IMG/VR virus record: IMGVR_UViG_3300034374_004935
Coordinates: 19,639-83,638 of that record
DNA length: 64,000 nucleotides
Source of the DNA: a virus
Direction: 5' to 3' (one strand)
Both the position numbers and the translations under genes were made by a program. Every line of letters starts with the position of its first letter. Position 1 is the first letter of the stretch. This document shows positions 49,301 through 60,000 of the stretch, one piece after another. Below the pieces are notes generated by a model, which saw only the letters and a list, made by a program, of their open reading frames with translations, was not told the DNA's origin and did not search any database.

Positions 49301-49647
49301 GCATAATTCTTCTGATAATTATTATAGTTTTGCTTCATTCCTGCAAACTCAGGATTAGTATTAAACCATTCGTTTAAATCTTGAAGCTGTTGAGTAGCTA
49401 CTCTATAGTTACCTGATCGAGTTAAATTTTGAGAAAGTTCTTGAGTTTTTGCATCTAAATCTGCCAATAACTTTTTAGCTCTTTCATCGTCTTGACTCAT
49501 ACGTGATAAAGCGTACTTAGTTTTATCTATTTCAGATTTAGTTACATCAAACTTTTCTTTCATTTTAGACAAAGGCTCCGCAAAGGCTTCTAATCCAAGA
49601 GGCTTATATTCTGTAGTAAATGGAGTAGATAAAGGCGTTAAAGGCAT
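46366..49647 (-). CDS. virion cargo/ejection protein
   Basis: 1093 aa, helical, 'YKPLG' N-terminus, coupled to both neighbours. Confidence 0.75.
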   Translation of the reverse strand: MPLTPLSTPFTTEYKPLGLEAFAEPLSKMKEKFDVTKSEIDKTKYALSRMSQDDERAKKLLADLDAKTQELSQNLTRSGNYRVATQQLQDLNEWFNTNPEFAGMKQNYNNYQKNYALMQKKLEKREITQDDFETWDYYVRNKFSGTNYDPTTGNYSTGNFTPKSENREKEIEDLVLKIAAMEEDQQVNAIMGINSAVDAGEIRQQLTKYRTKEDAARSIRNFITTGERFKNWKQEDAQMKFFELNDRTKKAALQGLTEDKDPYQFSRNVLIESLPELEELHDQVTKVIANPNATSEDIAKAKEIQAEAEEKMADIQTMLENNDVEAIEQEAAGIYVADKLGYFDKIALAGADIVDFINEGAISSSGSGRKSTKIKEANEVGDIATQLNPVNVMKETPLAGGTSPFNAEENIQLEPVEYTISATGADGETYEKVVEIEPSSSIGAMYQKNVDVLTPFVGGVSKYTTGDGTVSYAQTSDYILTVHAENEALSKTTLGFEQMYDQRIATLTDDINAYKVELLDPTLTEEQEAELEAKIKDARKEKYQATYSKVGQLKDLDFLVTEYINDKSEEELVQIIKDQAGDLNLSDEDIIKDITKLKEDFEANTVSSPKFLDKELNSLIGTRKQEKNELVKNLDNEFKDLMDEAARQFMGKETSELTEAEQEQLELYVSGRMDQQEEGYENIPEEVKAERQRIFERLNAIDGEMDSALDMVDNVFSPGELLLNKIYKEYRKSKTLGSEQFYQIPQIIVDKGADKFSSGQFKALVDDGMVARGSRNSRVIWDPSTRQSIAMDPGGLKHSYTLDAYRTDTPRFAGVDQNGNVIMAFYRKSALTDQNQNLKDWQSYIDKGIQPLAETTQKRLEAYEAGEDVRVKFSKQELEAMQKNNPEVLYLSSEGLDYKPIETVTENFVDYIESANAIANPDNRIEFIEKQRANYAPFYMASNPKAAREYNQFANTLQYRANNGIESSISQGATKPAQSPPYTDAQGREVQKEYQATFQTTADKEILVQYTEVIRDANNYDNIISTDELPALTISNQVNLPTALAKLDLTFGTGADLNLTYTAKGGRRQPLVLAFMVDSDVYRDPRRMQNIIK

Positions 49648-52600
49648 TACTTTTTCTTTTTATTTTTATTTCTATTCTTTAACATCTCTGCAAATTGATC
49701 TGCTAAAGTTTTATATTCTACTGAACCAATGCCTTCACCTGCCATTGTAGCATAGTAAGCTGCTAATTCATTTGCTTGATTTGCTTCTACCATTTGTTTA
49801 GTTTGTTCAGCAGATGCTTGTAAAGATTTTCTTTTAGCTTCATCAAAAGTAAGCATCAATTGTTTCTTTATTCTCTCAAGCTTTTGCTTTTCTGCTTTAT
49901 TCAATTTCTCTGCTTCAAATTGTAGTTTAGCATTAATAGTGTCTACTTGCTGAATAGCTTGTGCTTCTAATTGAGCTCCTTTTTGCGCAGCTACTTGTAA
50001 ATTACCTGGGTTTCTTCCAAACTTTCTTAAGTCTTTTCTTAAACCTGCAGTAGATCTTCTAATAGCATTAACAGATTCTGTGTAATCTAATTTAGGAGCC
50101 TTAGTGGCTACAAACTCAGGTTCATATTTAGGATCGTATTTAGAAAATAATCCTGAATATAAGTTAGCTGCAATAGGCAATGCTTTAGCTGCAGCTTGCA
50201 TAGGAGTTTCTTTAAATTTAAAATCTCTATTAACATCTTCTTGATCGACATCTACATTTATTTCATTCTCTCCTTGAAAGAAATCTGCAATACTTGTAGG
50301 TTGCATATTATATGCATAATTAAAAGGTAATGTTGCTTGAGCAGGAGAACCAAATTGATTAGCAGGCATTAATGGTAGAGGCTCTATATTCATAGGATCA
50401 GTTGGATTAGTTAAACTTCCTCCCATTGGTTTTTGAGCAGCTTCTATTGCTTCATCGCTTGGGTAATCTTTATCTCCTGGTTTAGCAGGACGATAATTTT
50501 TTCCCATTCTTTCTTTCTTAGCTCGTATATTAGCCCAAAGACCTCCGCCATTTTTAAGATAGTTAGATCCCATACGACCTCCTGTTCCAAAAGGTAATTC
50601 TGGAGCTCCCATATCTATATCTGCCCAATTACCATACCCCATACCTTCACCAACTAGTCCTGTAGTGTCTGTTACAGTATCCGTTATAGCATCAGGAGCA
50701 ACTTCAGTAACAGTTGCTGCAGTATCTGCTGCTTCTCCAGGATTTATAAATTGACTTGCCATTCCTGCAGTTTGATTCCATACATTTTGAAATGTTTGAG
50801 CATTTTGTAAAGATTCATCATTTGCTCTAGCTTCCATTGCAGCTTTAACTTTTTTATGATCAGGATGATTTTTGTCAGCAAGAATTGCTTGTTTTTTTGC
50901 CATCTCTGCTTCTTTATCTTTTTTTGTTGCCTGATCTCCTATAGTTTGTATAAATTGTTCTGCACCAGGTACAAAAGTTCCTGCTGCTCCAGAACCTGCA
51001 TCAAAAGCAGCGTCTTTTAAAGTATATGCAGTATCAGTAGCTTTTGCTTCTCCTGCTCCTTTTAAAACATTTGCTCCTGCTTCTGCAACAGGAGCTACAA
51101 TTTGTCCTACTACAGGAATATATTTAGCAAAATCTGCAGCAGTATCTAAAATAGTTCCTGCAGTTTGCATACCTGCTCCATATTTATGTTGAACACCTGG
51201 TACGCTCATACGACCTCCGTAAGCATGCATCTTACCTCCACATCCGTAACATAATTTTCCTCCTCCTCTTCTCATTTGATCTTCTCCAAATCTACCTACC
51301 CATTTACTTTTATCTGGTACTCCAAGAAAAAGATTACTTAAAGCTCTAAGATTATTTCCTTGTGCATCTTGTGTTGCTCTAGGGTGTTTTACAGCAAAAC
51401 GCATATTACCACTATTTCTTATTCTATCGTTTTTTGGTCTAAACACATTAAGAGCTCTATTCATATGTGTATATCTACGACCTGCTGTATTTGGTTTTTG
51501 TCTAAAAGCTTTTATATTTTCTCGTTTGTCTACGAAATCATCTTTTACTTTTCCTACAAAATCTTTAAATTTTCTTGTACGTTCTTTATCAGGAAATTCT
51601 CCAATTCCTGTTCCGCCACCATAAGCAGGATCTGTGCTAGTACCAACAGCTCCTAAATTACTTATCATATTTTGACGAATATCTTGCATTATTCTATCAT
51701 CTTCAAAACCTGCTTCTTCTGTCCAAGATAAATGAGGACTAAAATTTTGAATAGCGCTGCCTGTATCTCTAGTTTTTATAGTTGAAGTAAATCCTGTTTC
51801 TTGTCCTGGACATGGAGGTAATGGAGGATCTCCACAAGGATTTGGATTTGCATTCATCATACCTGCATTAGCCATGTTCATTCCCATAAAACCTCCTGGT
51901 GCATATGAACGTGACATATAACCTCCGCCTCCAAAAGAACTTTTTCCGTCTCCTAAATATCCACCTAACTTTTCAGCTTCTGGCCATTCATCTTTACGAG
52001 TTGGACGATAAGGTTGCGGTGAATCCCACCATTTTAGATAGTCTTTAAATAAAGATTTTTCTCCTGCTAATGGTTCTCCTGTTACTAAAGCAGTTGGATT
52101 ATCAAATGCTAAATCTATATCATTTAACCTTTCTACATGATCTTTATAAGGTCCTTCATATATTTTTTGTCTTCTAGCTTCTTCTTCAGTCATAGGATAT
52201 ACTGGTCTTTTATAACCTAAACCAATGCTGTGTCTAGGATAAGGTCCTCCTAAATTACCTCCGTTATCATAATTTTTTACATACTCTTGTGCAGCTGCAT
52301 CAGACATATGAGATTTTGCTCTAGATAATAATACTGATTTAGGTATCTTACCTCCGCTTCTCATCATACCTTCTTGTTGGCCCATAGCCATATCTTGTTG
52401 CTGCTGCATCATAGCCATTTCTTCTGGAGATGGTTGTCCTTGTTCCGCCATCATTTGTTGTTCCATCATAGCTTGCTCATCCATAGGAGCTTCTTGCATT
52501 TGTCCTCCCATTGCTGGATCACCTTGAGATTGTCCTTGTCCCATCATAGCAGGAAGAACAGTAGGGTCTAATGCATCTATTTCTGCTAGTCTTTCTTCTA

Positions 52601-53033
52601 TTTCTTTTTGCTTGAAAGCTTCTTGAGCTTCCATAAGATTCATTAAGTCTGCATCGTTAGCAGCTTCTTCTATTTTATCTCCTTCTCTTCTAGATTTTTT
52701 ACGTCCAGCTAGTTTAGAAGCGTCTGCAAAAGTTTTACCTACCATCTTTGAATTAAGGTTAAAAGCTTTTGCTAATTCTTTATCTATTTTAAGAGTATCA
52801 GAAAAAATATAATTCTCAGCATTGAATTTAGTTTCTCCCTCTTCTACTAGATTCATTTGCCCTTGTTCATTCATACCTTGAGGAATTCCGCCTAAACCAT
52901 TTTCTTCATGGCGGCCTCCTTCGTTAAATTCTGTTAACTGATTCATAGCGCCTCCATTACTCATACGTTTGCCGTATCTCATATTTACACTGGAGGGAAA
53001 TGCAGAATATGAATTAGGAATTCTTTTTTTCAT
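49647..53033 (-). CDS. virion cargo protein with repeated xxxGG motifs
   Basis: 'GGRHEENGLGGIPQG...LVEEGET...YIFSD' crAss-like cargo N-domain; about 12 GG motifs; Met/Gln-rich linker. Confidence 0.8.
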   Translation of the reverse strand: MKKRIPNSYSAFPSSVNMRYGKRMSNGGAMNQLTEFNEGGRHEENGLGGIPQGMNEQGQMNLVEEGETKFNAENYIFSDTLKIDKELAKAFNLNSKMVGKTFADASKLAGRKKSRREGDKIEEAANDADLMNLMEAQEAFKQKEIEERLAEIDALDPTVLPAMMGQGQSQGDPAMGGQMQEAPMDEQAMMEQQMMAEQGQPSPEEMAMMQQQQDMAMGQQEGMMRSGGKIPKSVLLSRAKSHMSDAAAQEYVKNYDNGGNLGGPYPRHSIGLGYKRPVYPMTEEEARRQKIYEGPYKDHVERLNDIDLAFDNPTALVTGEPLAGEKSLFKDYLKWWDSPQPYRPTRKDEWPEAEKLGGYLGDGKSSFGGGGYMSRSYAPGGFMGMNMANAGMMNANPNPCGDPPLPPCPGQETGFTSTIKTRDTGSAIQNFSPHLSWTEEAGFEDDRIMQDIRQNMISNLGAVGTSTDPAYGGGTGIGEFPDKERTRKFKDFVGKVKDDFVDKRENIKAFRQKPNTAGRRYTHMNRALNVFRPKNDRIRNSGNMRFAVKHPRATQDAQGNNLRALSNLFLGVPDKSKWVGRFGEDQMRRGGGKLCYGCGGKMHAYGGRMSVPGVQHKYGAGMQTAGTILDTAADFAKYIPVVGQIVAPVAEAGANVLKGAGEAKATDTAYTLKDAAFDAGSGAAGTFVPGAEQFIQTIGDQATKKDKEAEMAKKQAILADKNHPDHKKVKAAMEARANDESLQNAQTFQNVWNQTAGMASQFINPGEAADTAATVTEVAPDAITDTVTDTTGLVGEGMGYGNWADIDMGAPELPFGTGGRMGSNYLKNGGGLWANIRAKKERMGKNYRPAKPGDKDYPSDEAIEAAQKPMGGSLTNPTDPMNIEPLPLMPANQFGSPAQATLPFNYAYNMQPTSIADFFQGENEINVDVDQEDVNRDFKFKETPMQAAAKALPIAANLYSGLFSKYDPKYEPEFVATKAPKLDYTESVNAIRRSTAGLRKDLRKFGRNPGNLQVAAQKGAQLEAQAIQQVDTINAKLQFEAEKLNKAEKQKLERIKKQLMLTFDEAKRKSLQASAEQTKQMVEANQANELAAYYATMAGEGIGSVEYKTLADQFAEMLKNRNKNKKKK

Positions 53034-53082
53034 TTTTCTTAAATTTTTATAAAGTTACTTATTTTTAAAATAATTTACTATA

Positions 53083-55149
53083 TTATCGGTTTCTGAATAA
53101 TTTTCTTTTTGTTTTAGCAGGCTCAGTATTAATTAACTTTGTAGGTCCTACAAAAGATAATTGTCCAGGTTTTTGTAATTCAAGTCTCTGAGGAAGATTA
53201 GCTTTTTTATAAGCTTCATATTGTTTTATTGGTGAGCTATCTTCTTCTAAACTTTTTAATTCTTCTTGTAATTTAGGTAAATTTCTTAAATACCTAAAAG
53301 CTGTCGATTGTTCAGGATCATATGTCCAAGGTCCTCGTTTTACTCCTTTATACCATTCAGAAGCATACCCTGCTTGAAAGTCATCATAGTTTTCCTGTTC
53401 TTCAGGAGTTATAGCAATTACATTATGATAAGTGCCTCCTGTAGGATAACCCATTCTCATCATGTCTCCTGGTTGTAGTTTAGCATCTTCTCCTAAATTT
53501 TCTATAGGATATAATCCCATACCTGCTAAGACATCAGGATTATCTACTGTACGGCTTCCTGTTATAACTCTCCAAGGATCTCCTGCTTGTACTCCTCTAT
53601 AATCTTGAGCAGCAGTTGCTCCTGCTTTACGACCAATTGCACAAGCAACTCCTTGACAAGAGTAAGGTATCATAGGTTCGCCTGTCTCTGGGTCGTTTAA
53701 TTTATGGAACCAAGAAGTTTCATCAGCCATAAAAGGTATACCTAAATACTCGTAATCTTCTTCATAAGGAGTTCCTGGCTCGCTTCTTTCTCTTGCAATC
53801 TCTGCCATTTTTTGTTGAACACCTGTTACGTATTCTTCTTCTTGAACGACTTTTTCTTGTTTTGCTCGTAAGAGATCTTGGTAATTAATAGCTGATTCTT
53901 TTAGTTTTTCTCCTTCTTCTGGAGAAAGACCCATGTAATAATTTTCCATCATTTGCTCAAAAAGACCTGGTATAGGACGTATAGGCCCTATGGGTCCTCC
54001 GTTACTCTTTTTTAAACTAGGATACTTGCTATAAACTGCTTGTTTTATACCTGAAGGATTAGGAGCATGGTGTGCTAGCTTTAACGCTGATCGCCCTCTT
54101 TCAATTGTATTAATAGGATAACTACCAGCTGGTGCTCCACCTGACGGTCCTGCAAAAGACTTTACATTAGGATATTTACCTACATTAGAACCTCCTGCTC
54201 TTTTCTTAGAAGCCCCAAATAGTTGCCCTTGACCGAACATAGACCCTTGTCCAAATGTAGGAGTATTAGAACTAGTCACAGGAGTAGCTAAATATTTTTC
54301 TAACTGTGCTTGTCGTTTTAATGCGGTTGCTTGTTTTTCTGCTTCTGCTTCTGCTTGTTCTTCACTAGGAACAAAAGTTTTAGCATCTGCTACATTATTT
54401 TCAGAAATGTAATTTCTTTTAATTGAAGTTGTATCTATATCTCCAAAAAGATCTTTAGGTTTAACTTGTTTAGAAGCAGCCATTTGTGACATAAAGGGAT
54501 ACATATTTCCTGTAGGAGTTTGACTAGCTGTTTCGTATTGTTGTAGTTCTTTTACGTAATCCTCTCCTGCATCATAAGCATCTTGTTCTTTTATCCAACC
54601 ATTTATATTTTCCTGATTGCCTCCTCTTTTTAACCTAGGTCTAATAGTAGACTTAACCATTTTACTTAGTTTGCTTACATAATTAGCATCTTCTGCATAA
54701 CCTGCAGCTTTAACTCTTGCAAAATGTTCTTCGGCATTTTTAGCTTTTAATACTCCTGCCTTTGCATATCTAGGATTTACATCAGGTAAAAAAAATTCTA
54801 CTTGAGCTTTAATACCTTCAAGAGGAGTTTTAAATTTTCTATAATGATATGTTTTACCTGTAAAAGGATCATTTTCTACAGTTTCTATTTCTCCTTTCCA
54901 AGCTTTACCTGCAGTTAATCCTCCAAAGTTATTTGTTCTTTCTGCTAAAGGAGATGCTCCCCAATTACTTTCTAAAATAATTTGAGTAGTAATACCTTCT
55001 GCATTTAAATCCATTCCTTCAGGAATTCTTCCAGATTGTTTTAATCTTGCAATATGAGCAATTACTTCATTATAAACTAAAGCTAGTCTATCATTTTTAT
55101 CAAGACTACTTAATTTAGGAGGATCCGTTAAATTAGTATACTCAACCAT
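53083..55149 (-). CDS. virion peptidoglycan hydrolase: GH73 glucosaminidase plus NlpC/P60(CHAP)-like domain
   Basis: 'QIILESNWG', 'NNFGGL', 'YRKF', 'GYAEDANY'; 'YSCQG', 'LQPGD', 'YHNVI'. Confidence 0.82.
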   Translation of the reverse strand: MVEYTNLTDPPKLSSLDKNDRLALVYNEVIAHIARLKQSGRIPEGMDLNAEGITTQIILESNWGASPLAERTNNFGGLTAGKAWKGEIETVENDPFTGKTYHYRKFKTPLEGIKAQVEFFLPDVNPRYAKAGVLKAKNAEEHFARVKAAGYAEDANYVSKLSKMVKSTIRPRLKRGGNQENINGWIKEQDAYDAGEDYVKELQQYETASQTPTGNMYPFMSQMAASKQVKPKDLFGDIDTTSIKRNYISENNVADAKTFVPSEEQAEAEAEKQATALKRQAQLEKYLATPVTSSNTPTFGQGSMFGQGQLFGASKKRAGGSNVGKYPNVKSFAGPSGGAPAGSYPINTIERGRSALKLAHHAPNPSGIKQAVYSKYPSLKKSNGGPIGPIRPIPGLFEQMMENYYMGLSPEEGEKLKESAINYQDLLRAKQEKVVQEEEYVTGVQQKMAEIARERSEPGTPYEEDYEYLGIPFMADETSWFHKLNDPETGEPMIPYSCQGVACAIGRKAGATAAQDYRGVQAGDPWRVITGSRTVDNPDVLAGMGLYPIENLGEDAKLQPGDMMRMGYPTGGTYHNVIAITPEEQENYDDFQAGYASEWYKGVKRGPWTYDPEQSTAFRYLRNLPKLQEELKSLEEDSSPIKQYEAYKKANLPQRLELQKPGQLSFVGPTKLINTEPAKTKRKLFRNR

Positions 55150-55152
55150 ATC

Positions 55153-57027
55153 TTATTCATTTGTATCATTTAGTAAATCCCATCCAGACATAAAGACTCC
55201 TTTTCTCGCTGCTTCATATAATTTAGGATCAATATTTAATTCTTGATTTTGATCTTCATTTCTTATTCCTGATGCCTTAACAACTTTAGTTCCTTTTCCA
55301 AAAGGTTTAGCAAATCTTTGAGCTCCTGCATATATAGGTTCTACAGCTGCTTCTGTTTCTTTAGCTAATATTCTCCATTGTGCAGGTAAATCTTTAACAG
55401 GATTATAATTTATATTAAATTGTTCTGTTCCTTTTGGAGCAGGGAAAGCTAATTTTGAAGGTAAAACGTATTCATGTCTAGAAGCAGGAGCACCTTTTAA
55501 TGCATGTTGCATTCCAGGATTATTTGTATATAGAGGATCTTTCCAATAGCTATGAGGTTTATTTACTAAACTCCATATTTCTTCTCTAGTAGGAATTATT
55601 TTAGATTTTGATTTAATAGGATACTGTTTAATATAAGCTTGCATTGCAGGATTGTCTGCAGAGCTTATACTTCTGCCTATAGCTGTAGTATAATCAAAAG
55701 GTATAGTCTTTCCGCTAGCAGCAGCTTTCTGCATTTCAGAAACATTATAAGGTTTTAAAGAAGCTTTAGTTCCTGTAACTTGTTTAAATAAAGGACTTTC
55801 TTTGTAATACTTTATTAAATCAGGATTCTTAGTAGACATATACCATCTACCTTCAAGTGGATCAATAGTCCTTGGAGAAGTAGAAGGAATATTTATTGCA
55901 GGCTTATCAAATCTATATAAAGTCTGACTTTTAAGCATGTCACTTATTTTAGCTTCTCCTTTCCTTACATTTTGAAGACCTGTTTTAAAGTCTTTAATTT
56001 GAGGAAGATTTTTAACAGCTCTAGCAGCGCCTGATCCTCTAGTTGCAAGCCATTTTGCTGCAGTAATACCAGTAGGCGCTCCTCCTAATATTGCAAATCC
56101 TGTATCTCCTACTGCTCCTGCAATGTTAGAAGCTGTAGGATTTTGGTAAGCTTTTCTTAAACTTTTTCTTGTATCGGAATCACTTCTACCTAATTCACTT
56201 GCCATATGATGAGCTCCATAAAATTCTAAAGCTGTTAATGGTGTTAACCATGAGGGAGCTCCTGAAAACATAGGAGCAGTAAGCGCTGCTTTAGTAGCTG
56301 ATCCAAGACCTGGTACAGAAAGAGATCCTGCTGCTGGAGCTAATGCAGCTGCTCCACCTAACATAGGAGCGGCAAGAGCAAATTTATTTACCATACTTGT
56401 AAACTCGTCCCAATCTTTACCCCAGGCTTCTCTAGCTCCTTTTGCACTGTATACTGCATCGGGACCTCTACCTTTAGCCATGTAAGGATCAAACTCTTTA
56501 GCAAAGTTATCATAGTATGTACGAAATCTATCTGTAGAAATTTTATCATTCTTTTGTAAAGAAAGAAGACTTTGATATCCTTGAGGTGTAAAAACATCTG
56601 CTAATTTTTTATCTCCCCAAGTATCAGGATAATGTTTCTGAAGATCTTGTAAAGCTATTTCTGCTTTTACATATCTTCCTTTCTCTTCTTCTAATAAATC
56701 TTTATAAGCTTGTACATTTTGTTTTAATCCCGATATTTCACTAGTAGGGTCTTGCTTTAAAAATATTCTTCCAAAGCCTCTGTCTTCATAATATTTTTGA
56801 GCAGCTCTTTTTAATTGATCTAATTTTTGACGAAGAGTACCTTGTAATTTTCTAGATTCTGGTGCGCCATAAACAGTAGTTTCTGGTAAATCAACTTGTT
56901 GTGTTCCATCAAGATTTAAATTACCTCCATTATCATGCGCTGTAGGAGGCGCATCAGTAGTATCTCTAAAGATTTTAGTGCCTTTAGATTTATAATATAT
57001 TGGAATATATGGATACCTTTTTGCCAT
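55153..57027 (-). CDS. virion cargo-type protein, possible ART-like C-terminal domain
   Basis: 624 aa; GG motif, 'LPETTV', Ala/Gly-rich hydrophobic middle; 'LYR...GRWYMS...HEYVL'. Confidence 0.6.
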   Translation of the reverse strand: MAKRYPYIPIYYKSKGTKIFRDTTDAPPTAHDNGGNLNLDGTQQVDLPETTVYGAPESRKLQGTLRQKLDQLKRAAQKYYEDRGFGRIFLKQDPTSEISGLKQNVQAYKDLLEEEKGRYVKAEIALQDLQKHYPDTWGDKKLADVFTPQGYQSLLSLQKNDKISTDRFRTYYDNFAKEFDPYMAKGRGPDAVYSAKGAREAWGKDWDEFTSMVNKFALAAPMLGGAAALAPAAGSLSVPGLGSATKAALTAPMFSGAPSWLTPLTALEFYGAHHMASELGRSDSDTRKSLRKAYQNPTASNIAGAVGDTGFAILGGAPTGITAAKWLATRGSGAARAVKNLPQIKDFKTGLQNVRKGEAKISDMLKSQTLYRFDKPAINIPSTSPRTIDPLEGRWYMSTKNPDLIKYYKESPLFKQVTGTKASLKPYNVSEMQKAAASGKTIPFDYTTAIGRSISSADNPAMQAYIKQYPIKSKSKIIPTREEIWSLVNKPHSYWKDPLYTNNPGMQHALKGAPASRHEYVLPSKLAFPAPKGTEQFNINYNPVKDLPAQWRILAKETEAAVEPIYAGAQRFAKPFGKGTKVVKASGIRNEDQNQELNIDPKLYEAARKGVFMSGWDLLNDTNE

Positions 57028-60000
57028 TAGAATATTTGTGGGTCATAAAAAGAAACTAATCTATTCATAATTAGTTCTTTATTATAAGTATTGTCGAAAT
57101 ATAAAGTTAATAAAAAATGTGTAGATCTAAACCTTCCTTTTTGACTAGTAGAATTAACATCTCTAGGAAGTTTAATTCTCCATTTATCAAAACGTCTTTT
57201 TATTCTTGTTAAAGATTCAGGAGTAGTTTCATAAATACTATCACTAGCTTGAGTTTCTGTAGTAATTTTAAATCCTGTAATAGTTTTAGTTCTATCTATT
57301 ACTTTGTCATCGTCACGAACTATGCTATTGAATTCTAAGAATCTAAGAACTTTATTTATATCTGCTTTAGGATTAATAACTAGTGTAAGTTCACATCCTG
57401 TTTGAGTCCCGTAAAACTCTCCCCAGTTTCCTATGTTGTGGGCCCACACGCTCACGCCCGTGTCTAATGTTGTAGTTAATAAAGTATTACCATTATTGAT
57501 CCATATTTTAGGAGTTATAGATAATCTAGTAGAGAACGTTCCTGTAAGTTCGTCAAATACTATAGATTTAAAATCAAAAAGATCAGCTAATGTAGAAGAT
57601 AAAAATGTAAAAATAATTTCATCATTAATTTCATCTACTCCAATATGAGCTCCTCTTGATAGTATAGGATTATCTCCTCCATCTTCTTTTCTTTTAAATA
57701 CTGCAGGACCTAACTCTTGTAAATAAGAATGCATTCCTTTTACTTCTGATAAAGGACTATTACTCATACCTGTTTTTGCTTGACCTAATTGAAATATTTT
57801 TCTATGAATAGCATCAAAGAAATAAATACCTCTGTCAGTTACAGCTACCGCCCATTGGTGTATAGATCCATTTTCTTTAGAAAAATATTGATGTTTACCC
57901 CAACCTTGAGATATCCCTAATTCTGTAGGAACTCCATCATCTGTTGTAGTAACCGCTTCTCTATTGATAGCATAAACTCCTGTTGCTTGATCTTGTAAGA
58001 AATAAACATTGTCTTTAAAGTTTACAATTTTATTTATAGGACCATGATCGTCTATATCATAAAAATCATTAATAGCAAACTTTGTCCAAGAATCTATATC
58101 TTCTCCATTTACTTTTACATCAGATAAAAAAGCTCGTACATCATTTGTTAATGAAGTATCAATTAAATTTTCAGGTAAAGTAAAAAATAATACTTTTTTA
58201 TTTATTGAGGAATATACTTCATTATAATTATACATTGTATATTGAGTTTCTCCTGGATTTAATAATCCATAATTTGAAAAACTATTATTATCTTCTTGTC
58301 TATAATACTCACTTTCTACTTCACTTGTTGCTATTGCTATTTTAAATTTAACACCAGTAGTAGTATTAGCTCCGTGATGTAAGCTAGCATTAACACAACT
58401 TTCTGTTACCAATAAATCTGTTCTTGTAAAAGGTTGTTCATATGTATTACTTGCTAAACCTGCATCATAAAATTCTGCATTAAATTCTACCATAGCTTTT
58501 TGTAAAGAATACATATTTATAAAAATATCTCCTCCAAAAACTATAGGACTATAACTAGTTGTAACTGATTCTGTTTTTATTATAGGAGAAGCTATTATAA
58601 AACTATTAGATTCTAATGCATTTTGCGTACTTCCTCCATATACTTCACTTTTTGGAATAATTAAATCTGCTATAGGAATAGCTTCATTTATAGTAAAATT
58701 TGCTCCTGCGTTTGTTAAAGATTGAATAGCAGGTTGTAAAGGTACGTGAGTAGTAGTACCTTGTACGAGAAAGTAATCTGTAGTAGCAGGATTTATAATA
58801 GCTGTTCCTGTTAAAGGATTATTTATATATTGTTTAGTTAATGCAGATATATTAGAACCTGCTCTAGCAAGTCCTGCTCCTGTTCCACTAGGATCATTTA
58901 ATGTAGAAGCGTTTACATAATAATTTCTCATATAGCTAGGGGTAGCAGGCATTTCTGGACTAGTTGCTCCTGAACCTCCATTGTTTGCTGTACTCCAAGA
59001 AGCTGTTTTAGTTCCTATACTTACATTCGTACTATCCCGCATATCAAAATAAGTAGCATTATCTAATCTTCTTATATTTTCTACACTGTTAAAAGTTACA
59101 GGAAGAGTTCTTCTAAACTTAACTCCTAAATCATATAATGTAGCATGATTTCCTAAATTTAATGCATCAGGTCCTGAAGAAGAAGATCTTTGGTCTTCAT
59201 AATCTCCACTAAGAACTGCGTGACTATAATGTCCTGTTATTAATAATCCAGGGTTATTTCCTAAATTAGTTCCTATATCTGAAATATTAGAATACTTATA
59301 AGAAATTTCAGGAGAATAGAAAGATAAATGTTGAGCTCTTATTGTGACATTTGGACCGCTAATAATATTTGCAAGAGGATCTTGTTCGTCTCTAAAAAAG
59401 GTTAAACTATCTTGTATTAAATTAGGACCTGTTATATTGGGACTAGCATTAAAATGATGAACTACGTTTTCATTTCCATCTACTCTAAAATCAAAATCGT
59501 TTGGTGTAGTGTTACCAGTTTCTTGATAGCCTAAAGGACTTAAAATACCTGTACATAATCTACGTTTATCTACTTCTTTTCTTTCAACTCTTACTATTTG
59601 AAATCCTGATATTTTATCTAATAAACTTTGACAAGTACTAAAGTCTACTGTAAATTTTATACCTAAATTAAAACCTGTTGCTATTTGACCAAAAAAACTT
59701 CCTACAGGAAATTCACTAGGCATTGTCGATATAGGGAAATAATTTCCTGAAAAATTAGGCGTACCGTCTGCTTCTGATATATCTGGAAATTTAATATCTC
59801 CTATGAATTCTACATAAGTAGCTTCTCCTTTTTTAGTATAAAATATAATCCCAAATCTATAAGTTTCTCCTCTTTTATATCCTCGAAGTAATCCTGAAAT
59901 ATTAGGAGAGGCGTTATTTGCAAAGCTAGGATTAGGATAAATTCCATAACCATCGTCTAAATCATGATTATTATCGTATCCATATTTTATATTTCCTCCA

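Noticed and set aside
34879-52571. Plus-strand ORFs antisense to the giant virion genes (e.g. 40318-40830, 39577-39966), and similar short antisense ORFs elsewhere
   Set aside because: They are Ser/Leu/Phe-rich shadow frames of the real genes with no motifs
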